Source: Schmidtea nova (taxonomy: Eukaryota). From it: a stretch of DNA of 64,000 bases. The position numbers and the translations under genes are program-made. The stretch's first letter is position 1; every line of letters starts with the position of its first letter. The DNA lies in assembly GCA_044892505.1 (NCBI GenBank), contig CM097883.1, positions 83,514,001 to 83,578,000 of the forward strand, given 5' to 3'. Positions 26,751 to 39,835 of this stretch are shown piece after piece. Under the pieces are notes generated by a model, which was given only the letters and a program-made list of their open reading frames with translations, had not been told where the DNA came from and made no database searches.

Positions 26751-28976
26751 ATTTCTTTCAATTCAGAATATTGTTATGATCAAAGCTTCTGTTTTTCATT
26801 TGAAGTATTTTATCAGTTTTACTACAACATGAAACCGTTTCGCTCAGTGAAACTTCAGATACGCATCGAGTTCCCATTGACTGATGTAGAAGTAAAAGTA
26901 TATCAGGATTGAGAAAAATATGCAAAATTAATGTTAACAAAATTTCATAAAACATCGAGAATTCTCAAGGATCAGTGATCCAGTTTTCTTACACTAACGG
27001 ATTTCTGTCCTTGGTCCAATAGGCTCACACCCTCAAATTGCATGGATTTGGTGGAATAATAATTTAACATTCTTATTGACAAGTATATAAATGTAACAAA
27101 TATATAACATATATAAATTTTAAAAGTTTATTCATGTAAAGGTTATTGATAACATGTTCAAAAAATTGTATATCACTTTATCCAAACTCTCACGATCTGT
27201 GGTACGCGTACTGATACGCGATAAGTGATGAATTAATAATGGAAATAATATATTGCGTAATATGTTTTTTTCTATGTCGATTACATTCATGTTCGGCGTA
27301 AAAGTTTATAGAAAATGTTTGAGACTTTTTATCCCGAGTTTAAAAATCAACGAGTCCCCATTTGCTGGATAATCTGAGTGGTGGGCAATAAATGCAACAA
27401 TAGATCCAAAATAATTATCGGTTAATAGAGACAAGCGAGAAAAAAGAGTCATTAATTGAGAATTTAGGAAGTTTTTTAGGATTCGTTTTTCCAACAATAT
27501 TTACCTGTTCACCCTATTAAAAGGATTTGGAACCTCTGGTTAAATATATTGCCTAAGTAAAAAATAAATTTTTTTTTCAATCATAATTATGATAATAATT
27601 AAACTTTATTTCAATTAATTAACTATAAAGTGCTTCGTATTATCATTTGGCAACAAATTTGATTTTATTCTCTTTCAGTGAATGAAATAAATTTTGAGTT
27701 GGCAATTAATCATAGATTATTAACCCCTCGTATAATTTATATGTTTATGTTTATTTTTTCACTTTACCATTTAATAAATAAAATTCTTTATTTTGCTGTT
27801 ATGAAATTTCTTTTTATTCTTTGAGGCATTTGAATTTTGTCAAATAAAAAAGCCCGTGTTGCACAAAAATTTTTTTTATTAAAATTTTAACAATTTTGGT
27901 TTATTATTATTAATAAAGAAATAAAACTACAAAAAATATAAAAAAAATAAAAATACATCTAGGTTTTTAATTATAGGGTGGGACTTAATTAATCCCACTC
28001 TGCAGATTCAAATAACAAAAATGTGGGACACTTTTATTCCTGCCATGCCCCAAATAGTTAAATAATCATTATAGGGTAAAATTACAAGGGATTATTTGTA
28101 ATTTAATATTTATTTTATTTATCAAATTATTGTCAATATATATATACAATCCAACACAATTGTCCGTAAAAATTAAAATTTTTAATTACTTATTTTATTA
28201 ATTATCATTAAATAAATAAATATAAAAAATCAACTTTACAACAGATTAAATTTTTATTCAATGTCAATTTGTCGATGCCATAAACCGATTTTCTACTGTT
28301 ATTTTTCTGACATACAAACACAAACGCAATCTCTACTGCCGTAGACATCGCAACATCTCAGATGCATCAGATGCAATTACTTTAATGCGTATGTCGATGA
28401 AGTCTTTCCCTGGTCATTTCCGGATATAATCAACAACTATCATTTTGTTTCAATATTTATCTCGTCTTATAATTATCATCGTTGGAAATTAATTTCTTTT
28501 CATACTTAACTTCGGGATTGTTAAAAATTTTGCGTGACAAATTTATCAATTTCAGTTATTTTCAGCCAAAAATAGCATAAGACAATATTTTTAAAATTTT
28601 CCTTTATCAATTTCTTTTACAAAGAAAATAAAAATATAATAATAAAAACTAATTATAATCAAAATATTTATATCAATAATTTTCATAATTGAATGGCTAT
28701 AGATCAAAAAATCTTTTGATATATAGTCATAAAATTATGAAAATTTTTGATATAAATAAAAAGTGACCCAAGGTGAAACCAANNNNNNNNNNNNNNNNNN
28801 NNNNNNNNNNNNNNNNNNNNNNNNNNNNNNNNNNNNNNNNNNNNNNNNNNNNNNNNNNNNNNNNNNNNNNNNNNNNNNNNNNNNNNNNNNNNNNNNNNNN
28901 NNNNNNNNNNNNNNNNNNNNNNNNNNNNNNNNNNNNNNNNNNNNNNNNNNNNNNNNNNNNNNNNNNNNNNNNNNNN

Positions 28977-29149
28977 NACTATAGATCAAAATTTTTTTTA
29001 TAAATAATAACACAATATTTCGGCACAGCCTTTATCAAATACACACTTGATAAAGGCTGTGCCGAAATATTGTATTATTGTTTATAAAAAAAATTTTGAT
29101 CTATAGTCATTATGAGAATTATTGATAATAATAATAAAAAAAGATCAAA
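28977..29149. mobile_element. Foldback/palindromic MITE family, copy 1
   Basis: ACTATAGATCAAAA...GGCACAGCCTTTATCAA / TTGATAAAGGCTGTGCC...TTTTGATCTATAGT inverted arms; flanked by N-runs. Confidence 0.8.
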
Positions 29150-29747
29150 NNNNNNNNNNNNNNNNNNNNNNNNNNNNNNNNNNNNNNNNNNNNNNNNNNN
29201 NNNNNNNNNNNNNNNNNNNNNNNNNNNNNNNNNNNNNNNNNNNNNNNNNNNNNNNNNNNNNNNNNNNNNNNNNNNNNNNNNNNNNNNNNNNNNNNNNNNN
29301 NNNNNNNNNNNNNNNNNNNNNNNNNNNNNNNNNNNNNNNNNNNNNNNNNNNNNNNNNNNNNNNNNNNNNNNNNNNNNNNNNNNNNNNNNNNNNNNNNNNN
29401 NNNNNNNNNNNNNNNNNNNNNNNNNNNNNNNNNNNNNNNNNNNNNNNNNNNNNNNNAAAAATATAAAAATCATTTAAAATATATTTAAAATATTTTTAAT
29501 ATTTGAAACGTTAAATTTAATATCAGATGATTTATTTACTCTTATCAATATAAAATAGAAAACCAAATGAGTTGAAAACAAATAATACCATCAGTATTTA
29601 AATTTAATATTAAATTCAGTTAAAAATTAAATTTATAAAATATAAAAAAATTAATTATTAATAAATTTTATTAAATTAAATATCATTTTAAAAATATAAA
29701 TAAAAATCAACAAATAATTATAAATAACTTAAATAGACAAAAAAAAC

Positions 29748-29951
29748 CTCCAATCCAGCTTCTTCCAAAGAGGCATGATTTAAATCATTGGGAACATATG
29801 TTAAATTATATCCGATTCCTTTGCACATTGCAATTTCAATGGGAATACAAGTCGACGGTCTCAAATCCGGTTTGTTAATTGAAAACGATTGTCCACAGAT
29901 TCGAAACAAAACCCACGAAAATAACAACGAAATCCCAATTGAAACCGTCAT
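29748..29951 (-). CDS. fzd: Frizzled (Fz5/8-like) first coding exon: signal peptide and start of the CRD
   Basis: MTVSIGISLLFSWVLFRICGQ...CIPIEIAMCKGIGYNLTYVPNDLNHASLEEAGLE, followed by a GT donor at 29747-29746. Confidence 0.88.
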
Positions 29952-30989
29952 TGAAAATCGACAGTTGACGTTTTTTTTGTCTATCAACAAAATAAACTCG
30001 GCAAAAATTCAAAGCCAAAAAATTGTTTTTCTATTGTTTTTCTTTAGTTTTTTTTTAATTTTGAAAATTATTATAATTTTAAATATAAATCGAAAATTTT
30101 TTTCCCAACCAAGAAGAAAAAACAAAATTTACAAATCGGCCAATGGAAAATGTTTCTCTTGCATTTGCTCGACGTAGTCGTTGTGAGACGAACATAAATG
30201 CGTTTTCATCTCAACAAGAGTGAAAGCAGAGAAAAATATCCCCATTTTCTATTTGTTGATTCACTGTGTCAATTGCTCACTGGCCAAGAATGTTTTTTTA
30301 TATTTATCAAATACTGATGATAACAGATGTAAGATAGATGATAACAATTTGAGATTGCAATTGAAGTTGCAGTTTTGTTTCGATGGGCATGCGATGGAGA
30401 AAAAGACATCTAAAAAAGGTTAAATGGGCTTCGTGGAAAAATGGATAAACAAAGTTGATTTTAAAATGGGAAAAATGAAATATTTATTCAATAGTAAACA
30501 AACAAAATTTCTTTGTTGACACTTCATTGGGAGGATTTAAAAAGGATTTCTGAATTTCAAACTCATTATAAAAAATATTCTTTAAATTAATTTTTAAATT
30601 TTGTTTTAGTAACCGTATCAGACGTTATATTATTATTTTTTATTTTAAAATGTCTTGAATTTATTAATTAATAAAAAGTATACTGATTTTATTAAAAACA
30701 CATTTGAATGAGCGGAATCAAAGATCACAAGAGCCCTAAGTCTGGGAAATAGAGTGAGAAAGTTAAAGGAATTCCTAAGTTTAATAATAATAATAAAAAT
30801 TTATAGTAATATTAACAATACAAATTATAATGTTAATATTAATAATAATTGTTGGATTATTTTAATTTAAAATAATCAACATTTTTTTAAATAAAAGTTT
30901 GTTTAAATAAAGAAAAAAAAGATGAAGAATAGAAATTTAAAAAATTAAATAAATATTATTTCTTGTCATTTTATTATATTTTAAGAATT

Positions 30990-31795
30990 ATGAATGACTC
31001 GAACAATGGTGTCAGAAACCACAACTTCGCCACAGAAGGTCCACCGGAGTGCTCTCATATAGCAGTCAAGATTCCAGTCTTTTATTCGAACGTAGAAGTT
31101 TGGTTCAAACAGATTGAGTGCTCCTTCAACATCTCAAAGATATCAACCAAGATATCAAAATACCAGCACCTCATTTGTAATCTACCAGCCGAAGTTCTAG
31201 AAAACTACATTGACAGTATAGATGACCAGTCAAAATCTCCGTTTTCGGACCTTAAGGACGAGATCATACGGCATTATTCAAAATCAAAACAACAATATCT
31301 TCAGATGTTTTTTAACGAGAAACAATTAGGCAACAGAAAGCCGTCCAGAGCCCTGAGAGATCTGGAAACACTCCTAAAAAAGCGGGAATACAAACTAACA
31401 GATCAGACGAAGCTATGCTTAGACATGCTTTTATGGAGTTGTTGCCAGAAAATATTCAGCAAGGACTATTATTCAAAGATAGTGACGACTTAAGTGAACT
31501 CGCAGCTTTCGCAGATAAAATTCAAGATTCCAAATGGAACAAAGGCTCAGGATTGAACGTAATCGTCCAAAAATCAATACCAGCGCAGGAGCCAAACAGC
31601 GCTGATATCTTATCTGAAATCAACAGCTTAAAAAGAATGTTCATTGATGCGAATATGAACAAAACAGTCCAAGCAAAGAACAAAAATCCTAATTGGTGTT
31701 ACTTTCACAACACTTTTGGAGAACGAGCCAGGAAGTGTGTCAAGCCGTGCACATGGGAATCTAATCCATCTTTAAACGAGAAGAGGCTTCAGTAA
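30990..31795 (+). pseudogene. gag: gag of the small gypsy (frameshifted near 31400)
   Basis: KIPVFYSNVEVWFKQIE...; WCYFHNTFGERARKC in a second frame. Confidence 0.85.
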
Positions 31796-31859
31796 CTCCG
31801 GGTCCTGAAGCCTTCGAAGTCAGTTCTTCGTTTATTCCCGGAACATCCCAGTCTTTTTT

Positions 31860-34767
31860 GTGGCGGCGACAGTGCAGAACCTACTGATAAATTTCCTTAT
31901 AGATACAGGTGCAGACGTAAGTATTTTGCACACTAATATTTTTCCAATAGAAACGTCAAACTATTCCATATCATTAATCTTAGCAAATAATCAACCAATA
32001 AAATGTCATGGTCGAAAAACTGCTCAAATCAGATTCAACAACAACAACAACGAATCGTTCACATGGTGTTTCGTCGTAGCAGACATTTCTAAACCAATCC
32101 TCGGATCTGATTTTCTGGCGTACTTCGATTTTGATGTTAACTGCAAATACACAATCATTTCAAACAAGCAACACAACATTACAATAAAAGGTTTCACGAA
32201 GTCAACCTCAGTATTCTCAATCCAATTAAAAGACGAAGAATACCGAAAAGCAATAAAGAATCTCGAAAAGACGAAAGATAATCCAATTACCAAATGTTTC
32301 TTTACAGATTAAAACGAATGGATCGCCAGTGATACAAAGATCCCGGAAACTATTCGGCGAAAAGCTCATAGCTACCGAATCAGAGTTTAAGTCACTCTTA
32401 AAAAAAGGAATCATTCGAGAAAGTAACAGTCAATGGGCGTCCCCATTAGTCGTCGTAAAGAAGTCTGACGGAACGTGGCGGCCATGCGGAGATTATAGAA
32501 TGTTAAACAGCATAACAACACCCGATCAATATCCACTACCACGAATCCAGGACTTATTGGACAAAATACATGACAGCTAGTACTTTTCAAAATTAGATTT
32601 GACTAAAGTCTACAATCAAATACCTATTAACGAGGCATACATACACAAAACGGCAGTAATAACTCCATTCGGTCTATTAGAATATACGAAAATGCCATTC
32701 GGATTACGTAATGCTGCTCCAACATTTTAAAGATTCATTGATTCAACGCTGAGAGAAACACAGGAATTCACGGTCGCGTACGTTGATGACATTCTCATTT
32801 TCTCCAAAACAGCTGATCAGCACAAGCAGCATGTAACAATAGTGGTTGACAAATTACTCAAAGCGGGTTTATTTATAAAATTACAGAAATGTGAATTTGA
32901 AAAAAAACATGTGAATTTCCTCGGGTTTAAAATTAATTCACTAGGTATTAGTCCAATGGATGAAAGGATCGCAGCAATAACATCAATAAAAAGCCCAAAC
33001 AATGCAAAAACCTTAAGAAAATTCATTGGCGCAATAAGCTATTATCATTGGCTTTTGCCAAAGCTATCGGAATTGCTATCACCTTTACATTCACTAGTAA
33101 AAATGTCGAACTTAGATAAGAATAAGTTCAAATGGGAAGACAAACACGAAGAGGCCTTCCAGAATGCAAAGGTCGTATTAGATACGAAAACACAATCTAT
33201 TTATCCTAATTATAAGAAGCCTTTCGTCATTCACACAGATGCCTCAGTCATAGCAATTGGAGCAAGCCTAAATCAAGCAGACGAACAAGGTCAGTTAGCT
33301 CCTATAAGTTTTTATTCCAGAAAATTAACAGATACCGAACGGAATTATTCCACCTTCGATCGAGAACTGTTGGCGATGTACGCGGCAATTAAAAATTTCA
33401 AATATTATGTCGAAGCATCAGATTTCATTCTTCAAACCGATCACAAACCATTACTACAGGTCATGTCAATGAAAGAACCTACACCGCGACAATGGAGAAT
33501 AATCAAATACCTGAATAACTTCTCGTTCAAATTAGAACACATAAAGGGAAAAGACAACGTAATAGCGGATTATCTATCGAGATGCGAAAGAATAGAAATA
33601 AGGAGCGATATAATGATTTCAACAATATCAATCAAAGATCTCGTGAATGAACAAAAACAGGATTCATCACTGCAATCATTAGAAAACTCGTCCTTAATAT
33701 TAAAAGTCACAGAAGATAACATTCTTGTCGATGTATCACAAACTTCACCGAGAATAGTTTTGCCAAAAACAATGAGATTTTCAGAATTCAAGAGATTACA
33801 TGGCCTATCACATCCTGGACCAAAACCAACATTAGAGTTAGTTCAGAAACGATATGTTTGGTCTCTGATGAGGAAAGATGTAAAAGCCTGGTGTAGAGAA
33901 TGCTTAGATTGCCAAAAGTCAAAGATAACGAGACATACTAAGATGCCTCTCAAAGGTATTCCTACAACGGGAAGGTTCCGAGACGTACATATTGATATAG
34001 TGGGTCCACTCCATCCAGCAGAAAACAAAAGATATCTCTTTACGATGATTGACAGAGCAACCTCTTGGATGGAAGCGATACCACTTAGTGACATCACAGC
34101 CAGTTCAATCAATAGAACATTTGAAGAAACATGGGTAAGTCGTTTTGGACCTCCAGAGACAGTAATTTCAGATCAATGTCTTCAGTTTGAATCAAGTATT
34201 TTTAACAAGTATTGTCGAGAAATGGGCATCACACATAATCGAACTACTGCCTATCACCCTCAAGCAAATGTCAAAGTTGAGAGATGGCACAGAGCTCTTA
34301 AAAATGCACTAAGAACCCATTCGGAAGACGCCAATAAAACATGGATACGGAGTTTGCCAAAAGTCTTACTAGGTCTTCGGAATCGTGTAACTTCTGAGGG
34401 ACAAGCTTCACCAGCCCGAAAGACTTTCGGAGCGATGGTTAGGCTCCCAGGCGATTTTATATTAAACTATTCAGAAGACGATGGGACGATATGTCTAAAA
34501 TGCTTCAAGGCGAATTTGAAAGACATGGTTGACAGAGATAATGCGCATTTGCAAACAATTAAACCATTCATGCCATCAGGACTAAAAGAAAGTTCGAAAG
34601 TATGGATAAGACGAGAAATTAGATCTGGTTTACAATCGATATACGAAGGTCCATTCGATGTGATATCGCGTTCTGATGATCTGAAGACCTTTCAAATAGA
34701 CGTAGATGGCAAAAGAAAGACAATGTCAGCCGATCGTCTGAAGCCAGCATTCATACCTTCGGTCTAG
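31860..34767 (+). pseudogene. pol: pol of the small gypsy (PR, RT, RH, IN) with frameshift and stops
   Basis: LIDTGAD; WRPCGDYRMLN; YVDD; HTDAS; HGLSH..CLDC; YEGPF. Confidence 0.92.
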
Positions 34768-35302
34768 AGGGGAGATATGTTGGATTATTTTAATTTAAAA
34801 TAATCAACATTTTTTTAAATAAAAGTTTGTTTAAATAAAGAAGAAAAGATGAAGAATAGAAATTTAAAAAATTAAATAAATATTATTTCTTGTCATTTTA
34901 TTATATTTTAAGAATTATGAATGACTCGAACAATAATATTAACAATATTAATTATAATATTAATAATATTAATAATATTAACNNNNNNNNNNNNNNNNNN
35001 NNNNNNNNNNNNNNNNNNNNNNNNNNNNNNNNNNNNNNNNNNNNNNNNNNNNNNNNNNNNNNNNNNNNNNNNNNNNNNNNNNNNNNNNNNNNNNNNNNNN
35101 NNNNNNNNNNNNNNNNNNNNNNNNNNNNNNNNNNNNNNNNNNNNNNNNNNNNNNNNNNNNNNNNNNNNNNNNNNNNNNNNNNNNNNNNNNNNNNNNNNNN
35201 NNNNNNNNNNNNNNNNNNNNNNNNNNNNNNNNNNNNNNNNNNNNNNNNNNNNNNNNNNNNNNNNNNNNNNNNNNNNNNNNNNNNNNNNNNNNNNNNNNNN
35301 NN

Positions 35303-35530
35303 ACTATAGATCAAAATTTTTTTTTATAAACAATAACACAATATTTCGGCACAGCCTTTATCAAGTGTGAAATACACAAGAAAAAAAATACACAAGAAAT
35401 ACACACTTGATAAAGGCTGTGCCGAAATATTGTGTTATTGTTTATAAAAAAAAATTTTGATCTATAGTCATTATGAGAATTATTGATAATAATAATAAAA
35501 AAAGATCAAAGGTGAAAAAAGATAATTATG
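35303..35530. mobile_element. Foldback MITE, copy 2, followed by (ATT)n
   Basis: Same inverted arms as 28977; ends GATCAAAGGTGAAAAAAGATAATTAT. Confidence 0.85.
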
Positions 35531-35531
35531 A

Positions 35532-35570
<39 letters not shown>

Positions 35571-36928
35571 GATTATTATTATTATTACTATTAGCATTCA
35601 TTACATATTTTAAATAAAATGTGGAGTGTGCCACCAAAGAAGAGTGCATAATGGACACATGTCCTTCTAGTCTTCACAGAAATAAATTGACTCAAGAGTC
35701 ATTTTACAATTTTAAAATGTATTGTCTTAGTCATTGTGATTACTCTGTCAAAGTATGTACAAATAAAATACTGTTTAAGTTCGGTTGAGTCACTAAAAGC
35801 CGTTTGAAGACTGCGGTTCGCAACCTATTTGAGCAACTAACTTCAAGTTCATTCAAGTCGTTTAACAAATCAGATATTCCTGCTTGATCTAGATTCTAGA
35901 TTGAGAAGTCCGCTCTGTTATATTGGTAAAGTATTTAAATTTGTGATATCCTGCAAACTTTCTTCCAAATTTAAGCTAATATGATAAAAACGATTCTTGG
36001 TATCAATAAATGTAATGAAATACAAATTTTTTGTTTTTTTTGCGAAATTTATCAAATTACTCACTAGGGCAAGTAAAAATTGAAATATAAATTGATTTTT
36101 AAAAATACATTATTATTTTCTTTAAAAGTAATTTTGCGAGAAAATCTAGCTACCCGATTTAATATTTGTAAGCAGTACTGCTTGAAATGGGATAACGCCG
36201 AGTATTTTATACGTAAAAATTACATTATTTCGTAAAAGAGAATAAACTTATTAGCTTATATTTAAAGTATTCTTTCGATTCCCATAGTTTGTGAGCTACA
36301 TCAATCATTGATCGTAAATAATGTTCAGCCAATCAAAAAGTCGATGACTCATTCGCGTGCTGTCGTTGTGTGGCTCGGATGAATTACTGAGCAACCATAT
36401 GCCAACGCATTCTATTATAAATTTATTATAAATATGAAATAAAAATGAGTGCCACATACTAATTGTAATTGTAATCTAGTCATTTATTTTCACTTTAAAA
36501 TAATTTCAAGCTATATGCTTGCATTCGCTTCAAGATTCCAATGATTACTGAATTAAAATCGGTTGAACCATAAAAGACTATATAGCCATGCAATTGACCA
36601 CTGATGCTATTGTTAGTGTACTACAGAAACTATAACCATAGCAACCCAAATCTATTTTGTAAAGCAATAGTTATCCGTTGCAAATCAACGTTGGTGATAT
36701 AACTAATAGGAGGATACCCGCAAAAAGTGGCCGTGTTTCCATAATTATAATTAATTTATTATCTCAATGGGTTCAAGAGCTATCGATATAAACTTACACT
36801 CATTTTAAGGACCCGTCTTGCTGAAAGAAAATCAATTTAAACATTAATTTCTACTGTACAATATTTTAATCATTAATATGATATTATTAAAACCCTTAAA
36901 TACTGATACTAAAATCAATAATTAAATA

Positions 36929-38175
36929 CTTCCTCCGTCCCATAATAATAGTAGCAGTTGGCGAATTTAATTTGTTCCATAATAACAGTAGCGAAGGAAA
37001 ATAAATATCAAACGCAAAATTTATTATCACAAAATATTATTCCTAATTAGGAGTATTATTTTTGAGTGTTCAGATAGTTTCTGCATTTTTCTATAATTTC
37101 CTAGCTGCATTTTAAACTTGTATGTAGGATCCCTTGGTTGCGAAGCTTTTCTTTCCTTATATGCGTGAGCTTAAAATTATTGGAACCAAGGTTCTTCATT
37201 GCTTCCAGCATAACTTGTTGAAGTGACAGAAACGTATTATCTAGTATTTCGGGAGCAATATTATAAAATGCTGTTTTACTGCTTTTATCAATTCATCCGT
37301 ATTATTGGCCAAGACTTCATGCTGTACTGACTGTATTGAGTTAAAAAAACACAAGTCCAACAAATTAAAATCGGGACTGTTTGGTGGCTGTGATTTCCCG
37401 TTTTATGTAGAATATCTTCGTCTAAAGGCATATAATAAGATCACATGCATTTTTTCAAGTTGAACCACTTTTCATCAATGTGAATAGAATCCTTAAAATC
37501 CATAAACTTTCCATCCGGGTGTACTTTTGACAGCTAAAATTCTACGCTATCTTTCTTATTCTTTTCTGTAAGAAAATGTTTGATAGTGTTTAAAACTCAT
37601 TTTATGGCTTTTCCGTTTTTACAAAATTTAGAATAATGTAGATTTGGGAACTCCAATGGCGTGAGCTGCTGATCTTAAGGTGCCTTTTCTGCAATGAGGA
37701 ATATCTCTAAGTGTTTCAAGCTGTTCCCCATAATTTTGGCTTTTAAGTCCACATTTTTATTTTTTCAAAGAATCAACATTACCATAAGACTCACCTTGAC
37801 AATGATTTTAGGAAGTACGTTTCCGAATTCTCGATATAGTCATTCTGTTGCATTTACAGCTAACGTAATTGCACCTTTATGAAACTTCGTTTTTCTTGTG
37901 ATGTATCAAGAACTGAACAATTGCAACTCGATCTTTGTTTGAAAACTCTTTTTTCCTCATTTTACTTTTACAATGGGTTGATATTCAACCGATCAGCGGA
38001 TAAAATATGAAAAAGAGTTATTATTCGCAATACTAGGTTAACTAAAAAAAATGACAGATGCCATGAAACATTGATTTTGATTGAATGATTCACAAATCTG
38101 CACTACAATATAACTCACAGCTGCATTTGCCAATAATTCCCGCTTTAATATTCACTTGCTACTATTATTATTATT
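36929..38175 (-). mobile_element. Degenerate DD39D (Soymar/plant-type) mariner with internal deletion
   Basis: TA|CTTCCTCCGTCCC terminus; minus-strand HIDEKWF, QPPNSPDFNLLDLCFFNSIQS, GSNNFKLTH; partial right TIR TTGCTACTATTATTAT near 38157-38172. Confidence 0.8.
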
Positions 38176-38656
38176 AATAATATACATTCATGACAAAAAC
38201 ACAATATTAGATTACACAGAAGGATAAAAACATGAGTCTAGAGTTAAGTCGACTTAGTGTGGCAATGAGGATGCAAGATTGACTCAACAGAAGTGTCTCG
38301 CGTTACCGATTGTTTCGATTTTGTTCTGTTTTTCAGGGTTTGTATCTTTTTGGCATCACCGCTAATTGAGCTTCCATTTCTGGGGGAATGATTCCGTCGG
38401 ATTAACGTCCTTTGCCAATCCATAATCAACGCTGAGCTAATTGATTTCACAATCTCTCTCCTTGATCGTGATTTGAAACATCCGTTGTTGCAGAACATTA
38501 TTTTTGCTCCGTTTCCGCATTTACCTTCTTCATTATTTTAGTACAGAACCATAAGCCTGCACGTTGGATAAACATTCCAAATCTTTGTTTCAGCTTTTCA
38601 TTTTCTTCTGTTTCTATCTTTGAAACGAGCCATTATTCGATTCATATTGCTCATTG

Positions 38657-39387
38657 TGTTGGGCAGGTAGAAGTGAAGTTAAAATTTTATTGTAATGCGT
38701 TGTAAAATAAATACACACAAAAAGAAGAGAACTTAAAGCTCACAAAAGCGCATAAGAGCATTAAGCAGAAAACATAGAAAAACAATATATAGAATAGTAA
38801 GGCACAAATAAGCTCAAATAGTAGACATACGAACCTCAATTCATAAGTAGTTCGATGAAGGGAGAAAACAAAAAGAAGAGGCATCTCAAAAGAGAGCACA
38901 CAATTTGAGTATAGGTCAAATTTAAATACGAAAAACAGCACAAAGAATTGAACGGGGAAGGCCAAAAGTTTCCGATCGGATAAAGAACCTTGAATTCAAT
39001 GATCAAGTTGAGTCCCCTGTGTAATTGGAAAGCGAATCTGGAGAAATAAACGAGGTGTAATTCAGATATCTTTGGGAAGAGAGTCTTATATGTTAAATAT
39101 CATAAACCGATGTCATAGAAAGTTAAGAGCTAATAAATTTAAGACGACCTTTAGAGTAAAGAGTAATTATTAGCGAAGGTCATTCCATTGGCAGCAGGAA
39201 CCCGAAAGAGAGAATACAACGAGGAGAATCTTTTGCAATGAATTTTTGCACCACTGTGTGCATTTAAACATAAATTACTAGGGAGTAACTATGGGCACAT
39301 GAGTGGGAAAGATTTAATCATTTTCATGAATGTTTGCCGGTTATAGTAATTCTAGTGAAAACAAATTTTAACAACCATACACCAACA
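38657..39387 (+). repeat. Degenerate solo LTR related to the 39836 LTR and the giant-element LTR
   Basis: Starts TGTTGGGC, ends ACCAACA; shares blocks such as GAGAGCACACAATTTGAGT and GGCAGCAGGAACCCG; flanks ATTG/ATTA. Confidence 0.6.
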
Positions 39388-39835
39388 ATTACCTGATCCA
39401 TCATATATAATAACATACAATTTTCTATTTTTCTATTCTAGGAGAATGGATGGAACCTTTTCATTCAATGGGTAAGCTAAGTTTATATAACTTCCTAAGT
39501 ACTAAGATTTAGCTTGACGATTTACAATGACGATTTTTCGAACCCCTTACTATAACTAATCTAAACTTCTGAATTTGATTCAGAATCATGGTAATGTTTA
39601 ACTATCAATTTATTAACAATTATGAACGTCAAAGATGTAAACAGCTGAACTTAATTCTCTAACTCATCACCGATAAATGCCAGTTAACCAGCTTAAAAAA
39701 ATAGAACCAAAAGACACTAATTTTTAGACGCTCAGAATAATAACAACATGGAAAATGTGTAAATGACAATCTATAGCACTAAATAAGGAAAATTTAAAAC
39801 TATAAATTTAAAGAATAACTAATTCAAGTAAGTAC

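Larger units (their letters stand above)
30850..34932 (+). mobile_element. Small Ty3/gypsy element, full length but disrupted; LTRs 30850-31005 and 34778-34932
   Basis: TG...CA LTRs differing by one substitution and one indel; 5-bp TSD ATAAT; PBS TGGTGTCAGAA (31007); PPT AGAGGGGAGA; gag and pol broken by frameshifts and stops. Confidence 0.95.
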
